Positions 9,518 to 22,286 of a DNA stretch of 64,000 bases are shown here, one piece after another. The stretch lies in sequence record NC_062581.1; one strand, written 5' to 3'. The translations under genes were made by a program, and so were the position numbers. The notes under the pieces were generated by a model. The model saw only the letters and a program-made list of their open reading frames with translations. It did no database searches and was not told where the DNA came from. The first letter of the stretch is position 1. Every line of letters starts with the position of its first letter.

Positions 9518-11170
9518 TTAAGTCCTTGGTTTTGGATCGCCAGTCATGTACCGGAGTACCAGGTTAACAGTGTGAATGGTTGAACTAAAAGCTAGACCAC
9601 CAGTAGCATTCAAATAAGCAATACGAGAACGGAAGAATTTATCCATCTCAGCCAAAGCTTCTTTAGAGTAAACAATGTTTACGGATACAGTGTCACCGTC
9701 AAAGTCAGCGCCCAGTGGCGATAGGATCGAAGGAGATACAGAAGTAGAGTCGTGCCATTGTGCTACCTTACCAATCTCTAACATTGGATACTCTAACGCT
9801 ACAGGAGCGTGAGGATCACGTTTAAAGTCTGGTCCTAGTGGATAACGTAATTCACCTGTTACAGTTGTCTTTACGTAAATAGAAACCGGGATAGAACTGT
9901 TGTAGTTTTCTACGGGGTAACGTGTTACAAACCCACGCAGTGTATACCACATATTTAATCCACACAGGTAAATCAGTTCACCGTAAGTAATAGGCCGTGC
10001 CCACTTACGATCAAAGCCTGCTGGAATCTCGTTAACATCTCGAATGATACGGTAATTCTTTTTATCATCCAAATAAACTAACGCTAGATAGTGCCCAGCA
10101 ATTTCCACGGCACGTGAACGTTTCTCAATAACTTCCAGTTCAGACATTACACGTTCTAGACCTTGCGGTGTAGACCAAGTGTCCATGTCATCGACTGATA
10201 CGTTTACCCATTCGCGAACAAGAGTTTTCTTATTAACCAATTCAACCCGGTTAGTCATGGTTTCAAAGATCTCACCAATAACCGAGTTCTTCATCCCATA
10301 AATAGTTTTAGGTGCAGCAGCACGTGATGCTTGGTGCAAACCAATTACACAGTCTTTAAACTTAGGACGATTTGGTTCACCCAAGTCTGCTGCGTTAGTA
10401 TCCATCGAACTAATAACGTTACGTGTGCCGTTGAACACTCGTCGAGATGCCCACTTCGATTGCACATAACCAGACTTACCAGAAATTAGTTTCTCGTAGT
10501 GATCATAGATCTCTTGTACACGGAGTTGCATTGCTACCCGTCGCTTATCATACATCGACAAATCAGCGTTAGGACCAAAGAACTCTGGAATACCGGTAGA
10601 CTGTTGTAACAACACACGGTAGATGTCATTGATCTCATCGTATTCAATACGACCATCTGGGTTAGGTTCAGCTTCACGATAAGCAGCTGGGATTACCAGC
10701 ATTGCATCCATTGTAGATTGATGCATGTTATCATTAACAAGCTTTACACGAACTCGACGAATATCGGAATCGGTTTGTTTGAATACAACCTTTTTCCAAT
10801 TATCAAAAAAGAAGGTATACCCTGTACGACCATCTAGTTCACTGGCTTTAATAAAATCTTTTGTTTCTTCATCAAAGACAGCATATTGGCGACCCATGAT
10901 GATGTCTTCATAAAAGCCTTTAAGCTTAAGGATGTTTCGATACACCAGGGGATGGATTACAGGCAGACCCAATTTGATGTAACCAAAGTTACTTTCACGT
11001 TCTTGACTACCCACCCGTCCAAAAATAGAAACGGAGAATAAACCTTCTTCATGGAAGTTACCTCCATTACCCACAAAGATCTCGTGGGATGTAACACGCC
11101 CTACACGAGCGAGTAAGTTTTTGTCTGGAATAAGTAGAGAAATGTTAAAAGGTAATAAGGCCTTTTTCAT
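9518..11170 (-). CDS. rpoC: virion RNA polymerase beta' subunit, N-terminal/catalytic part (phiKZ gp180-like)
   Basis: GLFSVSIFG, FGYIKL..PVIHP, and catalytic GADFDGD. Confidence 0.92.
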   Translation of the reverse strand: MKKALLPFNISLLIPDKNLLARVGRVTSHEIFVGNGGNFHEEGLFSVSIFGRVGSQERESNFGYIKLGLPVIHPLVYRNILKLKGFYEDIIMGRQYAVFDEETKDFIKASELDGRTGYTFFFDNWKKVVFKQTDSDIRRVRVKLVNDNMHQSTMDAMLVIPAAYREAEPNPDGRIEYDEINDIYRVLLQQSTGIPEFFGPNADLSMYDKRRVAMQLRVQEIYDHYEKLISGKSGYVQSKWASRRVFNGTRNVISSMDTNAADLGEPNRPKFKDCVIGLHQASRAAAPKTIYGMKNSVIGEIFETMTNRVELVNKKTLVREWVNVSVDDMDTWSTPQGLERVMSELEVIEKRSRAVEIAGHYLALVYLDDKKNYRIIRDVNEIPAGFDRKWARPITYGELIYLCGLNMWYTLRGFVTRYPVENYNSSIPVSIYVKTTVTGELRYPLGPDFKRDPHAPVALEYPMLEIGKVAQWHDSTSVSPSILSPLGADFDGDTVSVNIVYSKEALAEMDKFFRSRIAYLNATGGLAFSSTIHTVNLVLRYMTGDPKPRT

Positions 11171-11223
11171 CTTTAGGGTCCTTTTGGGGTTAACGATATG
11201 AAGTTCATGTCAGGAGTTTGACA

Positions 11224-14200
11224 ATGGCAAGCAATAAAACAAAATTGGCGGCTGCTAATTCTAAATCAGCATTCGACTTTGATGACGACTTTGATAGCAT
11301 GTTTGACGATGAAGCGTTAGGCGGGAGTAAGAAATCTCCAGTCCAACAATTCATGGCCGGTTTCAAAGATGGCATCATCGATCCAGGTAAAAATAAAAGT
11401 CTGTTAAAAGCATTTTTAACAAACGGTGCCCCTAAGGGTTATGACCGCTTATTTGGTGTTTATGACCAAGCTAAGAATGGTGTCAGCTCTTTAAAGGATC
11501 ACTTGGAGAAAACCAATCCAGGTGACTTGCAATATCTTTTCAAACGTGCAGAATCATTCTTGCCCGCCATGAAAGGAAAAGTATCCGATTCGACGTATGA
11601 TCGGATTAACTCGGCACTATCCAATAAGGCTGAACAGTACAAATATCAAATTGAAGCTAACCAAGATCAATCACGTTTAGCGATTCGTCGTCAGAAAACT
11701 CAAGACGAAGAAACCATTAAACAAGGTTTGGGTGAAGACCTTCGTAGCGCAGTTGACCAAGGTACCGTTGTACAACGTAACTTGTTTAACATGGGTCAGG
11801 AAGCTGACCAACGTCGCTGGGACCTCGAACGTATTGAACGTGGCCTAAGAGATCAAGTTGATAACAAACATCACCAAACGGTAGCACGTGGGCTTGCACA
11901 AGCAGTAGACTCGTTAACCCGTATGGCGAGCTACACTGAACAAGTAGATTACGATTTTAAACGTAAAGGATTAGAACTACAATTCCGTTCTTATCAAGCT
12001 TTACGTGACATGTCTAAATTGGCAGAAGCTTCTTTAGAGATGCAGAACAAAGCTTTCCAAGCATTAGTACGTAACACCGGTTTACCAGATCACTTGAAGT
12101 CATCGATGAAAGATCTCATGTCGATGAATATGCGTCAAGGTATGGCACAAGCTGGTACGTCAATGGTTGGTCGTACACTATCCGGTTTCTTAGGGAACTA
12201 CGGTGGTAACGTACAAAACCGTGTTAATGGTAAAGCATCGAGTGCATTGTCTGGTATTGTCCAAGGCATGCAGGCTGGCGAGTCCATGGGTGACATGTGG
12301 AACCAACGCTATCAATTAGCAGGTAACTTAGCTGCCGATGGTGTTCATGGTTTTGCACGTAATACACTGGCTCCTATTGCTGGTCGTATGATTCGTCCTG
12401 CAATGACCCGGATGTCTAACAAGCATGGTCGTGGTAAACATAACCAAGCGGGTTACATGGCGGATAACATTCCTGCATTCATGCAAGAATTTGTAAACAA
12501 CTATCAGAACTCTCATGGTGCCAAAGGCGTCTTGCAAGATATCCTGAGACCGTTTACTCCGCAGTTTGGTTTGGACACTGCAACCAAAGCCGGTAACTAT
12601 CAAACAATTGGCCAGCACACAGCCTTCAACCAATTGTCGCAACGTTCTTTGACTGAAATCTTACCAGGTTTTCAAGCTCGTATTTTACGTGAATTGCGTA
12701 TGTTGCGAACAGGTCGTTCAGATGTACCAATGGAAGTGTTTGACATTACCAAAGGTGTGTTTGCTAATTCTAAAGATGCGTTAAGCAATGCTCAAGATCG
12801 AATTGTATCAAAAGGTACTACTCGGATGGTATCGGGTCAGATCAATGAGACTTTGGATAAGATCGACAAAGATGGTAAGTTGTCTGAGAATGCACGGAAA
12901 ACTTTAAGCGAACGTCTCCTAAGAGATGCTTCCTCTAACAAACGTTTTGATCCAATGAAGTACGGGACCAAACACGGTTACAGAGAAGGTACTGATAAAG
13001 AGACCCTAAAAGAATTGGAAGATTTCTTTAAAGGACAATTTGAACGTGACAGTAAAGGTAAGTTTGCAGATACTGCATCTAACCATGCTAAACGTAAAGA
13101 ATTTTCTGATTCGTTTCTGGATATCCGCAACGTATCGCGCGACCCAGCCCAGGAAATCCATCGTCTCATTGAAGCAGGTAAAACTGATCAACTTCGTGAG
13201 ATGGGTATTCTGATTACGGTTGAAGGTCAAGACCGGATTAACTATCCGAAGCTGTGGGAAATGATGTCTGCGGATGTCAGTTCTAAACATGGTGGTCCAG
13301 GCAAGAAATATCACGATGCTTCTGGCGATACCGGTGACCGTAATTTCGTAGGTCCACACTTCCCAGGCTCGGGTTCTGCTCGCGCCCAAAACGCAGTCAT
13401 TAACTTTGTTGACGGTCCTGGCGGCAAACGTATTAAAGACGGTGCTAAACGTCTAGGTTCTGGTGCTAAAGATTTGATGGATCAGTTTAAAACTGACCCA
13501 ATGCAATTCATGCGTGATCAGTACGAGCAAGGCAGTACTGCTGTTAAAGGGAAAGCCCAGAACTTACGTGATTCTGCTAGCGCTGCAGCTGATGCTGCTA
13601 AAGCTGGTGGCTTACCTGCAGTGTTGGAACATTTCTCAGCTAAAGAAAAGCTAGACTTTGCCAAAGCGCTGTTGAACAATGTAATCGATAAAGAACCCCC
13701 AGCAATGAGGGAAGCCCGGTTACAAATGGCTCAAGCCATTATCAACTCCATTGAGTCTGGTAAAGAACAAGGTGCTAAGCTATTAGGTTCTGAAGCTGGT
13801 CAAGCTGCGATTGGTGCAGGTAATAATGTTTTAGCTTTAGGACATGACAAAGTTGATCAGATTCGTAAATCTGAAGCTGCTGGTATTGTTGACCTCAAAT
13901 TACAAGGTACACAAGAAACGCTTATTAAAGCTGTTGATATGGCACAAGGTAAATTGATTGATGTCAATACCAATAAGATCATTACTAAAGCATCGGACAT
14001 TACAGGTGAGGTTCGTAACTACTTAGGTCAGCAAGTTGCATCGGCTGAGGAAGTAGCACAAGGCCTGTATAGTGAGCGTGGCCAATTAATGGCTCAAGCT
14101 AAGTCTAAACTGGATGCGGTTCAAGCAGTTATTGCTAAGCATGCGGCAGCGGGTAAAGCAGCGGCTAAAGAGAAGCTAGATGATTTTAAAGACTGGTGTT

Positions 14201-17200
14201 TAGAAGGTAGTGATGAAGTCATTATTAAAGCCCGTGATTTAGCTAACGGTGCTTACATTGATGAAGAATCCGGTAAACCAGTTTATTCGTTGGATGACAT
14301 TAAAGGCACAATCACTGATCATTACGGTAAAGTTGTAGCCACTGCCCAAGAACTTGCTCGTGGTCTTCGATCCACAGAGGGTACCAAGTTTGATATGGCC
14401 GGTGTCAAAGATCGGGCATCTAAATACGCACAACAGATCTGGAGAGGTAATACAACCCAGAACGTATTTGCTGGTATGAAGATGGCTGGTAAGGTAGCAT
14501 GGGCATTAGCCCGTAATACTGCTGCCCGAATGATGGGTGATCGTGACGCTTACTTACCCGGTCAAGTTAAACCTGTGCTTACAGTTGAGAAACTGAAAGA
14601 GGGTGGATACTTAGACAAAGACCAGAAACCTATTAAATCTTTCAGTGATATTGATGGTCCTGTATTTGATGCTGAAACAGGTGAACCTTTGTTGGATAAA
14701 TCAGAACTGAAAGATCTGGTTGAAAGCAACGGTAAGAAACACAAGATCGCTAAGAACCGTGGGTTAATGCGTCGTGCATTCAAAGCCACAGTAGGTAAAG
14801 CTGCAGCTGGCTACTGGAACTTAACTAAGAAGTACTACGGTGCTTTAGGTCGAGAACTGGGTAACGATGCAATGGCTGGAGCTAAGACTATCCTGGCTCC
14901 AATGGGTACCTTTACAAAACGTCAACTTGCTAACTTGTCTACTACTGACCAAGTACTAGTTCAAATCCGAGACGCTATCCGAGAAACCGTACCGAAGAAA
15001 AATCGGAAGGGTAGCTGGATGGAACGTGAGGAAAAGAAAACTGCAGATGAACTCAAGAAAGATGCTAAAGACGAAAAAGAACAGAAGGAATCAAAAGGTC
15101 TGTTCAGTAAAATGTCGGTAGCCTTGGGTGGTCTGTGGGATAAAATGCGCGGTAAGAAGAAAGGCGAGGAAGAAGAAGAGGAAGGTGACGGCGGTGGTAT
15201 CATGGATACCGTTAGTGAAGCCGTAGGTACTGCCTCAGACGCTAAAGACCTTTTGGGTGGCGGTGGTAACGATCGTGGCCCTAGTCGTCGTGGTGGACGT
15301 ATGGCTCGCTGGGGTAAGAAACTGGCAGGAAGTCGTGCAGGTCAATTAGTAGGTAGTGTTGTTGGTCGTGTTGGTGCTACTGCTGGTGGACAGATGATTG
15401 CTCGTGGTGCCATGATGGTAGGTACAGCTTTGGCTGGTTTAGTATCGGCCCCAGTGTTAATTGGTGCTGCCGTAGTTGCAGGCGTAGCTGTAGCGGGTTA
15501 CTTTACTTACAAGTATTTTGCTGGTGTCCGTGGTGAGTTCATGAGTATCCGTATGCTACAGTACGGTATTACTTCTACTCGTCAACGTCACAAAATCTTG
15601 GAGCTTGAACAGCTACTAGAAAAGACTGCTGTCCGTGGCCCTAATCCACAGTTGAACGTAAGTGCAGCTGGTGGTAAAGCTATCTTGGATATCATGGGCT
15701 TTGATGCTACCGATGAAGCTTCTATTCACCGCTTTGCTCGTTGGATGGATCTACGTTTCAAACCAGTATTCTGCACTTGGCTAAAAGCATTAGACGCTGT
15801 GGGTAAAACCCAGATGTCTCTAACTGAGATTGAAGAGAAACTTGACGAACCGCTGAAAGGCACATTCGTTAAAGAAATCTCTGTACCTTACGGTGATGGT
15901 TCTCCTTTTGCAATGCGTGATAACCCATTTGGTGATACTGATCCATTGGATGACACGCAAGAAGAAGTTAAAGCGGCCATTGAAGAACTGAGTAAGAAGT
16001 ACAAGATCGATCCAGATAAAGCCAAGGCTGCATTGCCGGGTGTTAAGGCTGCTCCTACAGAAGAAGCCAAAAACAACATCGAACCAACTGCAGTAGTGGG
16101 TGCAACTGCTGCCGCAGCAGCTAAGAAAGCTGTTGACGATGCTAAAGCTATTGGTAAAGAAGCTAACGAAGGGAAAGAGGAAGCAGCCAAGTCTGTTCAA
16201 CAGAAAGTTAATGCTATGGCGAAAGCTGCTGGTGTGGGCGCTGTTGGTGCTGCCGCTGTGAATAGTGTCATGCCAGTTGCTATCACTTCGCAAGAATTGA
16301 ATGCATTGGATTCTATTCGTGCTCGTGCTTACGGTATGGAAAGTCTGAACAAGAACCAGATGGAATCGTTGATCGCTATGGAAACTCGCTTAGACCTTCA
16401 GTCTAAGAAAGACCAAGGTGGTAACGTGAAATTCAACGGTGATGTGGAGAAATTCATTTCCGCTGCTGGTGGTTTGTTTGGTATGAATACTGCCGACCAT
16501 GGTGCTGAACGTGTTAAGTTTGTTAACTGGTTTACTGAGCGTTTCATTCCAGTTGCTGAGACATTCTTAACTGTAGCTCGTCAAACGTATCAAGGGAAAC
16601 CTTCTGATGCCGGTACAGCAATGAAACTAGGTGATCAAGTCCGTGTGGCTAACGCCGTAATGGGTGCTGTTTCTCCTAATGGTAATTCTGTATGGTCTAG
16701 TCCAACTATCTTTGAAGTTAAAGGTAGTCTTCCGGATCTGAAGAAACTTGCTGATGCCGACATGGCGCACCTGCAAAAACTGTCCGATGCTGTTATTGCT
16801 TCACCTACCCAGTCTGCCGGTGCTCAAGCCGCAGGTGCTGCCGCTGCTGCTAGCGGTAAGTCATTCATGGATGGTGTTATTGATAAAGTGTCTGATGCTT
16901 TTAATAGTGCTACTGATGCAGTTAGTGGCGCGGCTAGTAAAGCTGGCGCTGCTTTAGGTAGTGCTGCCTCGTACGTGTCTAATGCTGCTTCTAAGGTAGG
17001 GCATGAGATTGCTTCTGCTGGCGTAGTTGCTTACGGTGCTGCTTCTAAAGCCGTAACGGGTCAATCGTACGGTTACGTTTCAGACGGGAATGGTGGTTCT
17101 TGGGAACAAGTACCAATGCCTACATCGAAAGATGCTAAGGGTTCTCGTAAGACACTGGAAGTTGTTTCTCAGATGACCGGTGTACCAATTGAATACCTAA

Positions 17201-18234
17201 TGGTTTTCTGTGCGTTGGAATCTAATTTCGACTGGACAGTTAAAGCCGGTGCTGGTGGTTCTGCTACTGGCTGGTTCCAATTCATTAACTCGACTTGGGA
17301 TTGGGTAATTGGTCAACACTCCGCTAAGTATGGTTTGCCTGCTGACGTAGGTCGTCGTTTGCGTTTAGATCCACGAGTTAACGGTTTGATGGGTGGCGAG
17401 TACATCAAGTATTCGATGAACGTCATTAAGAAAGGTACAGGTAAAGATCCTACGGATATTGATTTGTATCTGGCTCACTTCTTAGGTCCTGGTACCGCTG
17501 TTAAATGGATCAAGATGCCAAAGACCACGATTGGTTCGACCGCGTTTCCTAAAGAGGCACGTGCTAACCCATCGGTGTTTACTGACAAGCGTACAGGCGC
17601 TCAACGTACACTTGGTCAAATCGAACAGTCCTTTGATGAACGTATGGCTAAGTATCGTTCGATTGCATCGGCTGGTACTTCCACAGGTGCTCCGGTACCG
17701 TTAACCACGGAAGAGATGGAGAAGAAACAAGCTGCTGATAAAGCTAAGCAATCCGAGACAGAAGCTAAACAGGATGATAAATTCATTCCTGGTGTATCGG
17801 CAATGCCTGGTGGTCCAGCGGTTACAGGTTCAACTCCTACTAATACCGGGTCTGGTGGTCCAGCTACTTCGTTGGCCGCTTCTGCAGCCGCACAATCTCC
17901 AACAGGAGGTTCTGAAAGCGCTACCGATGTCACGGCAGAGTCAGCTGGTCAAACAGCTGCAGCGACTCCTGACAGTTCTGCATCTAATGCAGCCTCGGGT
18001 GCACAAGCTGCTTCGGCAGCTAAAGATGCACAGCGTGCTAAAGAAGTACAGCAGTCAACGCAAAATGACAGCGCTATCATGAGTATTCAACAACAACAAC
18101 TCGATACTCAGAAAGCAATGTTGGAAGCGCTTAATGCGATCCTTGCAGGACAGGCGGCTCCAGCTCAGGGCAATAGTATGCCCAAGCAACAGTCGCGCGC
18201 AGCTAATAAAACTGCGTACCCTGTTACAGTCTAA
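11224..18234 (+). CDS. tail tape-measure-like protein with C-terminal lytic transglycosylase (phiKZ gp181-like)
   Basis: About 2336 aa (ATG 11224 after AGGAG); Ala/Gly-rich helical body, hydrophobic segment near 15410-15520; SLT motifs [27 protein letters not shown]. Confidence 0.88.
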   Translation: MASNKTKLAAANSKSAFDFDDDFDSMFDDEALGGSKKSPVQQFMAGFKDGIIDPGKNKSLLKAFLTNGAPKGYDRLFGVYDQAKNGVSSLKDHLEKTNPGDLQYLFKRAESFLPAMKGKVSDSTYDRINSALSNKAEQYKYQIEANQDQSRLAIRRQKTQDEETIKQGLGEDLRSAVDQGTVVQRNLFNMGQEADQRRWDLERIERGLRDQVDNKHHQTVARGLAQAVDSLTRMASYTEQVDYDFKRKGLELQFRSYQALRDMSKLAEASLEMQNKAFQALVRNTGLPDHLKSSMKDLMSMNMRQGMAQAGTSMVGRTLSGFLGNYGGNVQNRVNGKASSALSGIVQGMQAGESMGDMWNQRYQLAGNLAADGVHGFARNTLAPIAGRMIRPAMTRMSNKHGRGKHNQAGYMADNIPAFMQEFVNNYQNSHGAKGVLQDILRPFTPQFGLDTATKAGNYQTIGQHTAFNQLSQRSLTEILPGFQARILRELRMLRTGRSDVPMEVFDITKGVFANSKDALSNAQDRIVSKGTTRMVSGQINETLDKIDKDGKLSENARKTLSERLLRDASSNKRFDPMKYGTKHGYREGTDKETLKELEDFFKGQFERDSKGKFADTASNHAKRKEFSDSFLDIRNVSRDPAQEIHRLIEAGKTDQLREMGILITVEGQDRINYPKLWEMMSADVSSKHGGPGKKYHDASGDTGDRNFVGPHFPGSGSARAQNAVINFVDGPGGKRIKDGAKRLGSGAKDLMDQFKTDPMQFMRDQYEQGSTAVKGKAQNLRDSASAAADAAKAGGLPAVLEHFSAKEKLDFAKALLNNVIDKEPPAMREARLQMAQAIINSIESGKEQGAKLLGSEAGQAAIGAGNNVLALGHDKVDQIRKSEAAGIVDLKLQGTQETLIKAVDMAQGKLIDVNTNKIITKASDITGEVRNYLGQQVASAEEVAQGLYSERGQLMAQAKSKLDAVQAVIAKHAAAGKAAAKEKLDDFKDWCLEGSDEVIIKARDLANGAYIDEESGKPVYSLDDIKGTITDHYGKVVATAQELARGLRSTEGTKFDMAGVKDRASKYAQQIWRGNTTQNVFAGMKMAGKVAWALARNTAARMMGDRDAYLPGQVKPVLTVEKLKEGGYLDKDQKPIKSFSDIDGPVFDAETGEPLLDKSELKDLVESNGKKHKIAKNRGLMRRAFKATVGKAAAGYWNLTKKYYGALGRELGNDAMAGAKTILAPMGTFTKRQLANLSTTDQVLVQIRDAIRETVPKKNRKGSWMEREEKKTADELKKDAKDEKEQKESKGLFSKMSVALGGLWDKMRGKKKGEEEEEEGDGGGIMDTVSEAVGTASDAKDLLGGGGNDRGPSRRGGRMARWGKKLAGSRAGQLVGSVVGRVGATAGGQMIARGAMMVGTALAGLVSAPVLIGAAVVAGVAVAGYFTYKYFAGVRGEFMSIRMLQYGITSTRQRHKILELEQLLEKTAVRGPNPQLNVSAAGGKAILDIMGFDATDEASIHRFARWMDLRFKPVFCTWLKALDAVGKTQMSLTEIEEKLDEPLKGTFVKEISVPYGDGSPFAMRDNPFGDTDPLDDTQEEVKAAIEELSKKYKIDPDKAKAALPGVKAAPTEEAKNNIEPTAVVGATAAAAAKKAVDDAKAIGKEANEGKEEAAKSVQQKVNAMAKAAGVGAVGAAAVNSVMPVAITSQELNALDSIRARAYGMESLNKNQMESLIAMETRLDLQSKKDQGGNVKFNGDVEKFISAAGGLFGMNTADHGAERVKFVNWFTERFIPVAETFLTVARQTYQGKPSDAGTAMKLGDQVRVANAVMGAVSPNGNSVWSSPTIFEVKGSLPDLKKLADADMAHLQKLSDAVIASPTQSAGAQAAGAAAAASGKSFMDGVIDKVSDAFNSATDAVSGAASKAGAALGSAASYVSNAASKVGHEIASAGVVAYGAASKAVTGQSYGYVSDGNGGSWEQVPMPTSKDAKGSRKTLEVVSQMTGVPIEYLMVFCALESNFDWTVKAGAGGSATGWFQFINSTWDWVIGQHSAKYGLPADVGRRLRLDPRVNGLMGGEYIKYSMNVIKKGTGKDPTDIDLYLAHFLGPGTAVKWIKMPKTTIGSTAFPKEARANPSVFTDKRTGAQRTLGQIEQSFDERMAKYRSIASAGTSTGAPVPLTTEEMEKKQAADKAKQSETEAKQDDKFIPGVSAMPGGPAVTGSTPTNTGSGGPATSLAASAAAQSPTGGSESATDVTAESAGQTAAATPDSSASNAASGAQAASAAKDAQRAKEVQQSTQNDSAIMSIQQQQLDTQKAMLEALNAILAGQAAPAQGNSMPKQQSRAANKTAYPVTV

Positions 18235-18239
18235 ATATA

Positions 18240-18267
18240 GGGCTCACCTTCGGGTGGGCTTTATTTT
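18240..18267 (+). terminator. intrinsic terminator
   Basis: GGCTCACC-TTCG-GGTGGGCT-TTATTTT. Confidence 0.75.
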
Positions 18268-18283
18268 GTCTAAAGGTTCCAAT

Positions 18284-20263
18284 ATGGCAACTCCAACAGT
18301 CGATACACCAATTTGGCTGCGGCAAGCTTTCTTATTACCAACGTCTACTAATCAAGTGTCGTTTGGTTCTGAAACACGTCGTCGCTTTGCAAACTCTGCA
18401 GCCTTCAAATTTACAAATACTACACCTGGTGGTAACTTCACCATTAATAACCTGCCTCAATACACTCGACATGCTGATATCCGGCAGCCGGGTCGTGGGC
18501 GTGACCCCAAGAACAAACGTCTTGGTATGGGTCGATATTATTCAGAAGCACATGACGACTTAGCACAAAAGCTGCATATGTCGTTTGGTGTTCCCCGGTT
18601 CTCTAGCTGGGCTAGTTTCTTTACAAACTTTTATGATCGGTCAGCAGCTACATTTGCTAACTCCGGTAAGACAACAGACATGTGGTACCAATTGGGTAAC
18701 ACAGCTATGTTTGTGGTATCTTTACCAGTACAGCCGTTCATCATTGGCATTACCGCTGTCTCTCGGGTATTGAACTTTCTATCGAAGTCGTCGCCTTCTA
18801 AGTGGTTCTACTTTAAACCCACAATGCATGCCTATTGGTCAGCTGTAAATACACTGGCTAACGAATTTGCTATTAACATGGGTCTACAACCACGGCTGTA
18901 CACCGATCCAGATACTCAGTCACAAATGGCCGATCCTGGGCAAACTGTTACCGTTAAAGACATGGAAGACTTTTCCCGTATTATGCCAGGTTTGTTTTCA
19001 CCTAAAGGTGGTGTGGACGTAATGGCCTTGGCGGGACGTGCTCAACGTAAAGCGGACGAAGCTAAGAAAGCTTGGGAAGCTATGGCTGAGAAAGCTCGAA
19101 ACATTGATGATCTCCGCAAAGGCGTTAATGCCGAAATTGGTAAGTACTACGGCGATACCAACGCAAACGTTTCTACTCGTGAATATTTCCTAGAGTATCT
19201 AAAGGCCGACCCTGTAGGAGATTCGGCTGTTATTGACTCTGAGAAATTTACCGAGTGGGGCGATCTGTCTAAAGTGATGAACTTTATTACAGGTGCTCAA
19301 CGAGATGGCATGCAATTTGTAACGTTGCGTGCTGACTATAACGGTGAACAATCAGAATCGTTTACATCCAGTACTACCTCGGTAGGTGTTGCGCAAACAC
19401 TGAACACAAAAGTAACTGAAGGACGGGCTGCACAATTTAACTTCATGCAAGGTAACGTGTCTGAATTAATTGGTGGTGCTTTCCAAGCAATCAGTAGTTT
19501 TGTCGGTGGTGCTTTGGATATGGTTAACATGTCTGGCTTGGCTACGTTGGCAGGTTCTGCATTTGTTGACGTACCTGAATATTGGGAATCGTCGGTAGCT
19601 TCTTTACCAACGGCTTCATACACCATTCCTTTGGTGTGTGCTCACGGTAATAAGATGTCACGTTTCCTAAACATCTATCTACCGCTGGCTATGATCTTAC
19701 CAATGGCATTGCCGCGTTCTGCAGGTCGTTCGGCTTATACGTCGCCATTTATCTGTCAGCTATTCCACCAAGGTCGTAACCAAAAACAATTGGCCATTGT
19801 TGATTCATTAACAATTCGTCGTGGTACTGGTCACGTAGGTTGGAACGCTGATAATGAAATGCTTAACTGTGAAGTAACTATCTCGGTTAAAGACTTGTCG
19901 AAGATCATGCACATTCCACTTAAGGCTGGTTTTGCTTCTGCTAGTTGGTTGGGTACAGCTGCTCGTGGTGCTGCTTCAGCTGCAGCTGAGATGGTGGGTG
20001 AAACTACGCTTAACACAGTTACTGCATTAACTAACGGTGCGGTATGGGATGAGCAATCGTTGTTTAACGATTACACGGCTACATTGACTTCTCAGTCTTG
20101 GGCTGACTTCTATTATGCTGGGAAACGTTTGAATCTAAACATTGCTAAGCAAGTACAAGCATTCCAATCTTGGCGTAGTCCTTCGAACTTCATGTCGTGG
20201 GTATTGGATGGTGACGTGGCCCGTACAGTTGCAGCGTTTGCTGCATCTACAGATCGATTCTAG
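18284..20263 (+). CDS. virion tail/baseplate protein (phiKZ gp182-like)
   Basis: 659 aa from ATG 18284 (MATPT); follows the tape-measure gene; the ORF-track start lies upstream of the terminator. Confidence 0.65.
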   Translation: MATPTVDTPIWLRQAFLLPTSTNQVSFGSETRRRFANSAAFKFTNTTPGGNFTINNLPQYTRHADIRQPGRGRDPKNKRLGMGRYYSEAHDDLAQKLHMSFGVPRFSSWASFFTNFYDRSAATFANSGKTTDMWYQLGNTAMFVVSLPVQPFIIGITAVSRVLNFLSKSSPSKWFYFKPTMHAYWSAVNTLANEFAINMGLQPRLYTDPDTQSQMADPGQTVTVKDMEDFSRIMPGLFSPKGGVDVMALAGRAQRKADEAKKAWEAMAEKARNIDDLRKGVNAEIGKYYGDTNANVSTREYFLEYLKADPVGDSAVIDSEKFTEWGDLSKVMNFITGAQRDGMQFVTLRADYNGEQSESFTSSTTSVGVAQTLNTKVTEGRAAQFNFMQGNVSELIGGAFQAISSFVGGALDMVNMSGLATLAGSAFVDVPEYWESSVASLPTASYTIPLVCAHGNKMSRFLNIYLPLAMILPMALPRSAGRSAYTSPFICQLFHQGRNQKQLAIVDSLTIRRGTGHVGWNADNEMLNCEVTISVKDLSKIMHIPLKAGFASASWLGTAARGAASAAAEMVGETTLNTVTALTNGAVWDEQSLFNDYTATLTSQSWADFYYAGKRLNLNIAKQVQAFQSWRSPSNFMSWVLDGDVARTVAAFAASTDRF

Positions 20264-20338
20264 GAAAGAAATACTAGTCTTCGTGATTTAATGTAGACAT
20301 CGTACGTGTCATTTCTAAAATCCAATTGGAGTTACCCC

Positions 20339-20734
20339 ATGTCCATCCTGCAAACTATCGGCCTCAAACTTCTCGGTACTGAAGCCCTTGCTACAATCAA
20401 GAAAGAAGTAGTTGAAATCACTCGCAAATCCGTGCTAGCTGAAGAAGCTGGTAAATCGATTGGCGAGCGTGTTGGCTATACCAAACTGAACGATTACGTT
20501 CGCGCAGTAAATGCTCAGCCTGCTTACCGCGATGTTATTCTGCGTGCTGCTCTGGGGCACCTGGTCGGCCCAGATAACGTTAAAGCTCTGGTATCGTCTG
20601 CTGTAGAAGCTGAGAAATCTGGCGAAGGTTTCATGAAGAAGAAATCGGCTGTTCTGAAAGATGCTAAACTGTACACCACTTCCAAGTCCGAAGCACAAGC
20701 TGCTGTCGAACTGGCTGTTCAGTTGACCAAGTAA
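20339..20734 (+). CDS. hypothetical protein
   Basis: MSILQTIG start after GGAG; strongly biased codons. Confidence 0.7.
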   Translation: MSILQTIGLKLLGTEALATIKKEVVEITRKSVLAEEAGKSIGERVGYTKLNDYVRAVNAQPAYRDVILRAALGHLVGPDNVKALVSSAVEAEKSGEGFMKKKSAVLKDAKLYTTSKSEAQAAVELAVQLTK

Positions 20735-20741
20735 ACATAGT

Positions 20742-20761
20742 GGCTTCCCCTAGGGGAAGCC
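20742..20761. terminator. hairpin terminator
   Basis: GGCTTCCCC-TA-GGGGAAGCC, flanked by CATA and TATG. Confidence 0.65.
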
Positions 20762-20786
20762 TTATGATGTGATATGGAGATATTAC

Positions 20787-21062
20787 ATGAACAAAGAACT
20801 GAATCGCTGGCTAGTGTCAAATGAACAAGTTTATTATACTGAACAAGAAATCAATCAGCTAGTAAACAAACCCTTAGATCCACAAGGGGCTAACATTGAA
20901 GAAGATAATGCTCCACAGGCTCAGGGTGGATTAAAAGCTTTAATCTCCACTGCAGACTTACCTAAAAATCCGAAAGAGGGTGAGTCATATCAAGTTGGAC
21001 CAAACCATTGGGTTTGGGCAAATGGACGATGGATGACGACTGAAGGATTGTATGGTCATTAA
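20787..21062 (+). CDS. hypothetical protein
   Basis: 91 aa; C-terminal LPKNPKEGESYQVG..WVWANGRW module of a type seen in phage structural proteins. Confidence 0.6.
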   Translation: MNKELNRWLVSNEQVYYTEQEINQLVNKPLDPQGANIEEDNAPQAQGGLKALISTADLPKNPKEGESYQVGPNHWVWANGRWMTTEGLYGH

Positions 21063-21063
21063 T

Positions 21064-21084
21064 AGCTTCCCCTAGTGGGAAGCT
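21064..21084 (+). terminator. hairpin terminator
   Basis: AGCTTCCC-CTAGT-GGGAAGCT then TTATGTCG. Confidence 0.65.
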
Positions 21085-21102
21085 TTATGTCGTCACTCCA
21101 AA

Positions 21103-21123
21103 AAATCTCAGATCTATATTACT
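21103..21123 (+). promoter_or_regulatory. phiKZ-type early promoter (variant A)
   Basis: AAATCTCAGATCTATATTACT, identical to 51219-51239. Confidence 0.8.
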
Positions 21124-21157
21124 ATTCTGACATTAAACACATCAACAAGGTTAGCAA

Positions 21158-22225
21158 ATGAACATTGAAGCATCTACTAAATTTACTACCGCATTGGTTG
21201 CTTTTCTTTTTGCAAAAGTAGAACTAAACGCCGGTATCAACAGTACCGAATATTGCTTTCCACACGCTATTCTTTTTACCTCATTAGGCGATAGACTAAC
21301 ATGTCTTACATGTACTAACCTTGAAGGGCAAATACTTTGGAAAGCTTGGAAGATGGATTCTCCTCGGTGCTGGATAGAAGATGATATTAATTTGATTGTT
21401 GAAAAAGAAACGTTTTCTATTAATCAATTAAGCAGTAATCGCAACATCATGTTTTATGATCCCGCTGGCATGATTGAAGATTCGAATCTACATAGTCCAG
21501 AAAGGCTAATGATCCCTAGTCTGAATGATCAAGTTCGTTATGGTGGACAAATTGGTTGCAAGGGGCAGCACCCATCTAAAGGTAACTATACTTTTCCAGC
21601 TGGTCCTGGAGACTTTCCATTTAATCCAGGTCCAGGTTTGCCCGACATGACGCCAATTTGGCCATTGTCCCAACCACCAAAAGAAAACGTCAGGTATGCA
21701 ACTGACACTACTTCAATCAGAACCAAAGGTGAACCAATGCCACGACAATACCGTCATCCTGATCCTTTACCACATCAAGAATACAATTTGGAAGTTCAAG
21801 CCAAAATTGATGTAAATATTGGTAATCAACGGGATCGTTTGGATCGCGCTATTTGGCTACTAAAGACAGTTACAAATATCTGTAACAGCCGCTTCGGTAA
21901 TAAAACCACACTGCTTAATACAGCCATTACTAAAGCGTTGCCAGGTGTGGTTGCCAAAGTAACTCGACATGGTTTCTTCAGTACCAAACAAGTATGGCTT
22001 GCTGTTGAACTGGATGAGTTTGTGTTGGCTATTCCAGATGGCTGGAATCCTACCATAGATGAACTCTCCACCATTTATGGCATGCATGGTGCTCGTTTGG
22101 GTATTGAAGTTATTAGTACCGACCACGGTATTGTTTACCAAAACTCAAATCAACTTACCAACGAATCGTATTGGGCCGAGCTTCAAAAAATCTGTCCAGC
22201 GTATCAATTGTTGCACGTTGACTAA
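21158..22225 (+). CDS. hypothetical early protein
   Basis: 355-aa ORF; two apparent domains joined by a Pro-rich linker. Confidence 0.7.
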   Translation: MNIEASTKFTTALVAFLFAKVELNAGINSTEYCFPHAILFTSLGDRLTCLTCTNLEGQILWKAWKMDSPRCWIEDDINLIVEKETFSINQLSSNRNIMFYDPAGMIEDSNLHSPERLMIPSLNDQVRYGGQIGCKGQHPSKGNYTFPAGPGDFPFNPGPGLPDMTPIWPLSQPPKENVRYATDTTSIRTKGEPMPRQYRHPDPLPHQEYNLEVQAKIDVNIGNQRDRLDRAIWLLKTVTNICNSRFGNKTTLLNTAITKALPGVVAKVTRHGFFSTKQVWLAVELDEFVLAIPDGWNPTIDELSTIYGMHGARLGIEVISTDHGIVYQNSNQLTNESYWAELQKICPAYQLLHVD

Positions 22226-22235
22226 GTAGAAAGAA

Positions 22236-22253
22236 ACTCAGATCTATATTACT
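22236..22253 (+). promoter_or_regulatory. phiKZ-type early promoter (variant A)
   Basis: ACTCAGATCTATATTACT, intergenic. Confidence 0.8.
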
Positions 22254-22286
22254 ACACTGTAATCAACCAAAAGGGAAACACCTGCA

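Noticed and set aside
5037-11170. Intron, intein or homing endonuclease in the vRNAP genes
   Set aside because: Both ORFs are continuous and only 2 nt apart; no HNH, LAGLIDADG or intein motifs seen
15160-15200. GAA/GAG-rich run ([11 protein letters not shown])
   Set aside because: Low-complexity coding sequence of an acidic linker, not a DNA repeat element
18134-18283. N-terminal extension of the gp182-like gene
   Set aside because: Overlaps the tape-measure C-terminus and spans a UUCG terminator; ATG 18284 is the likelier start
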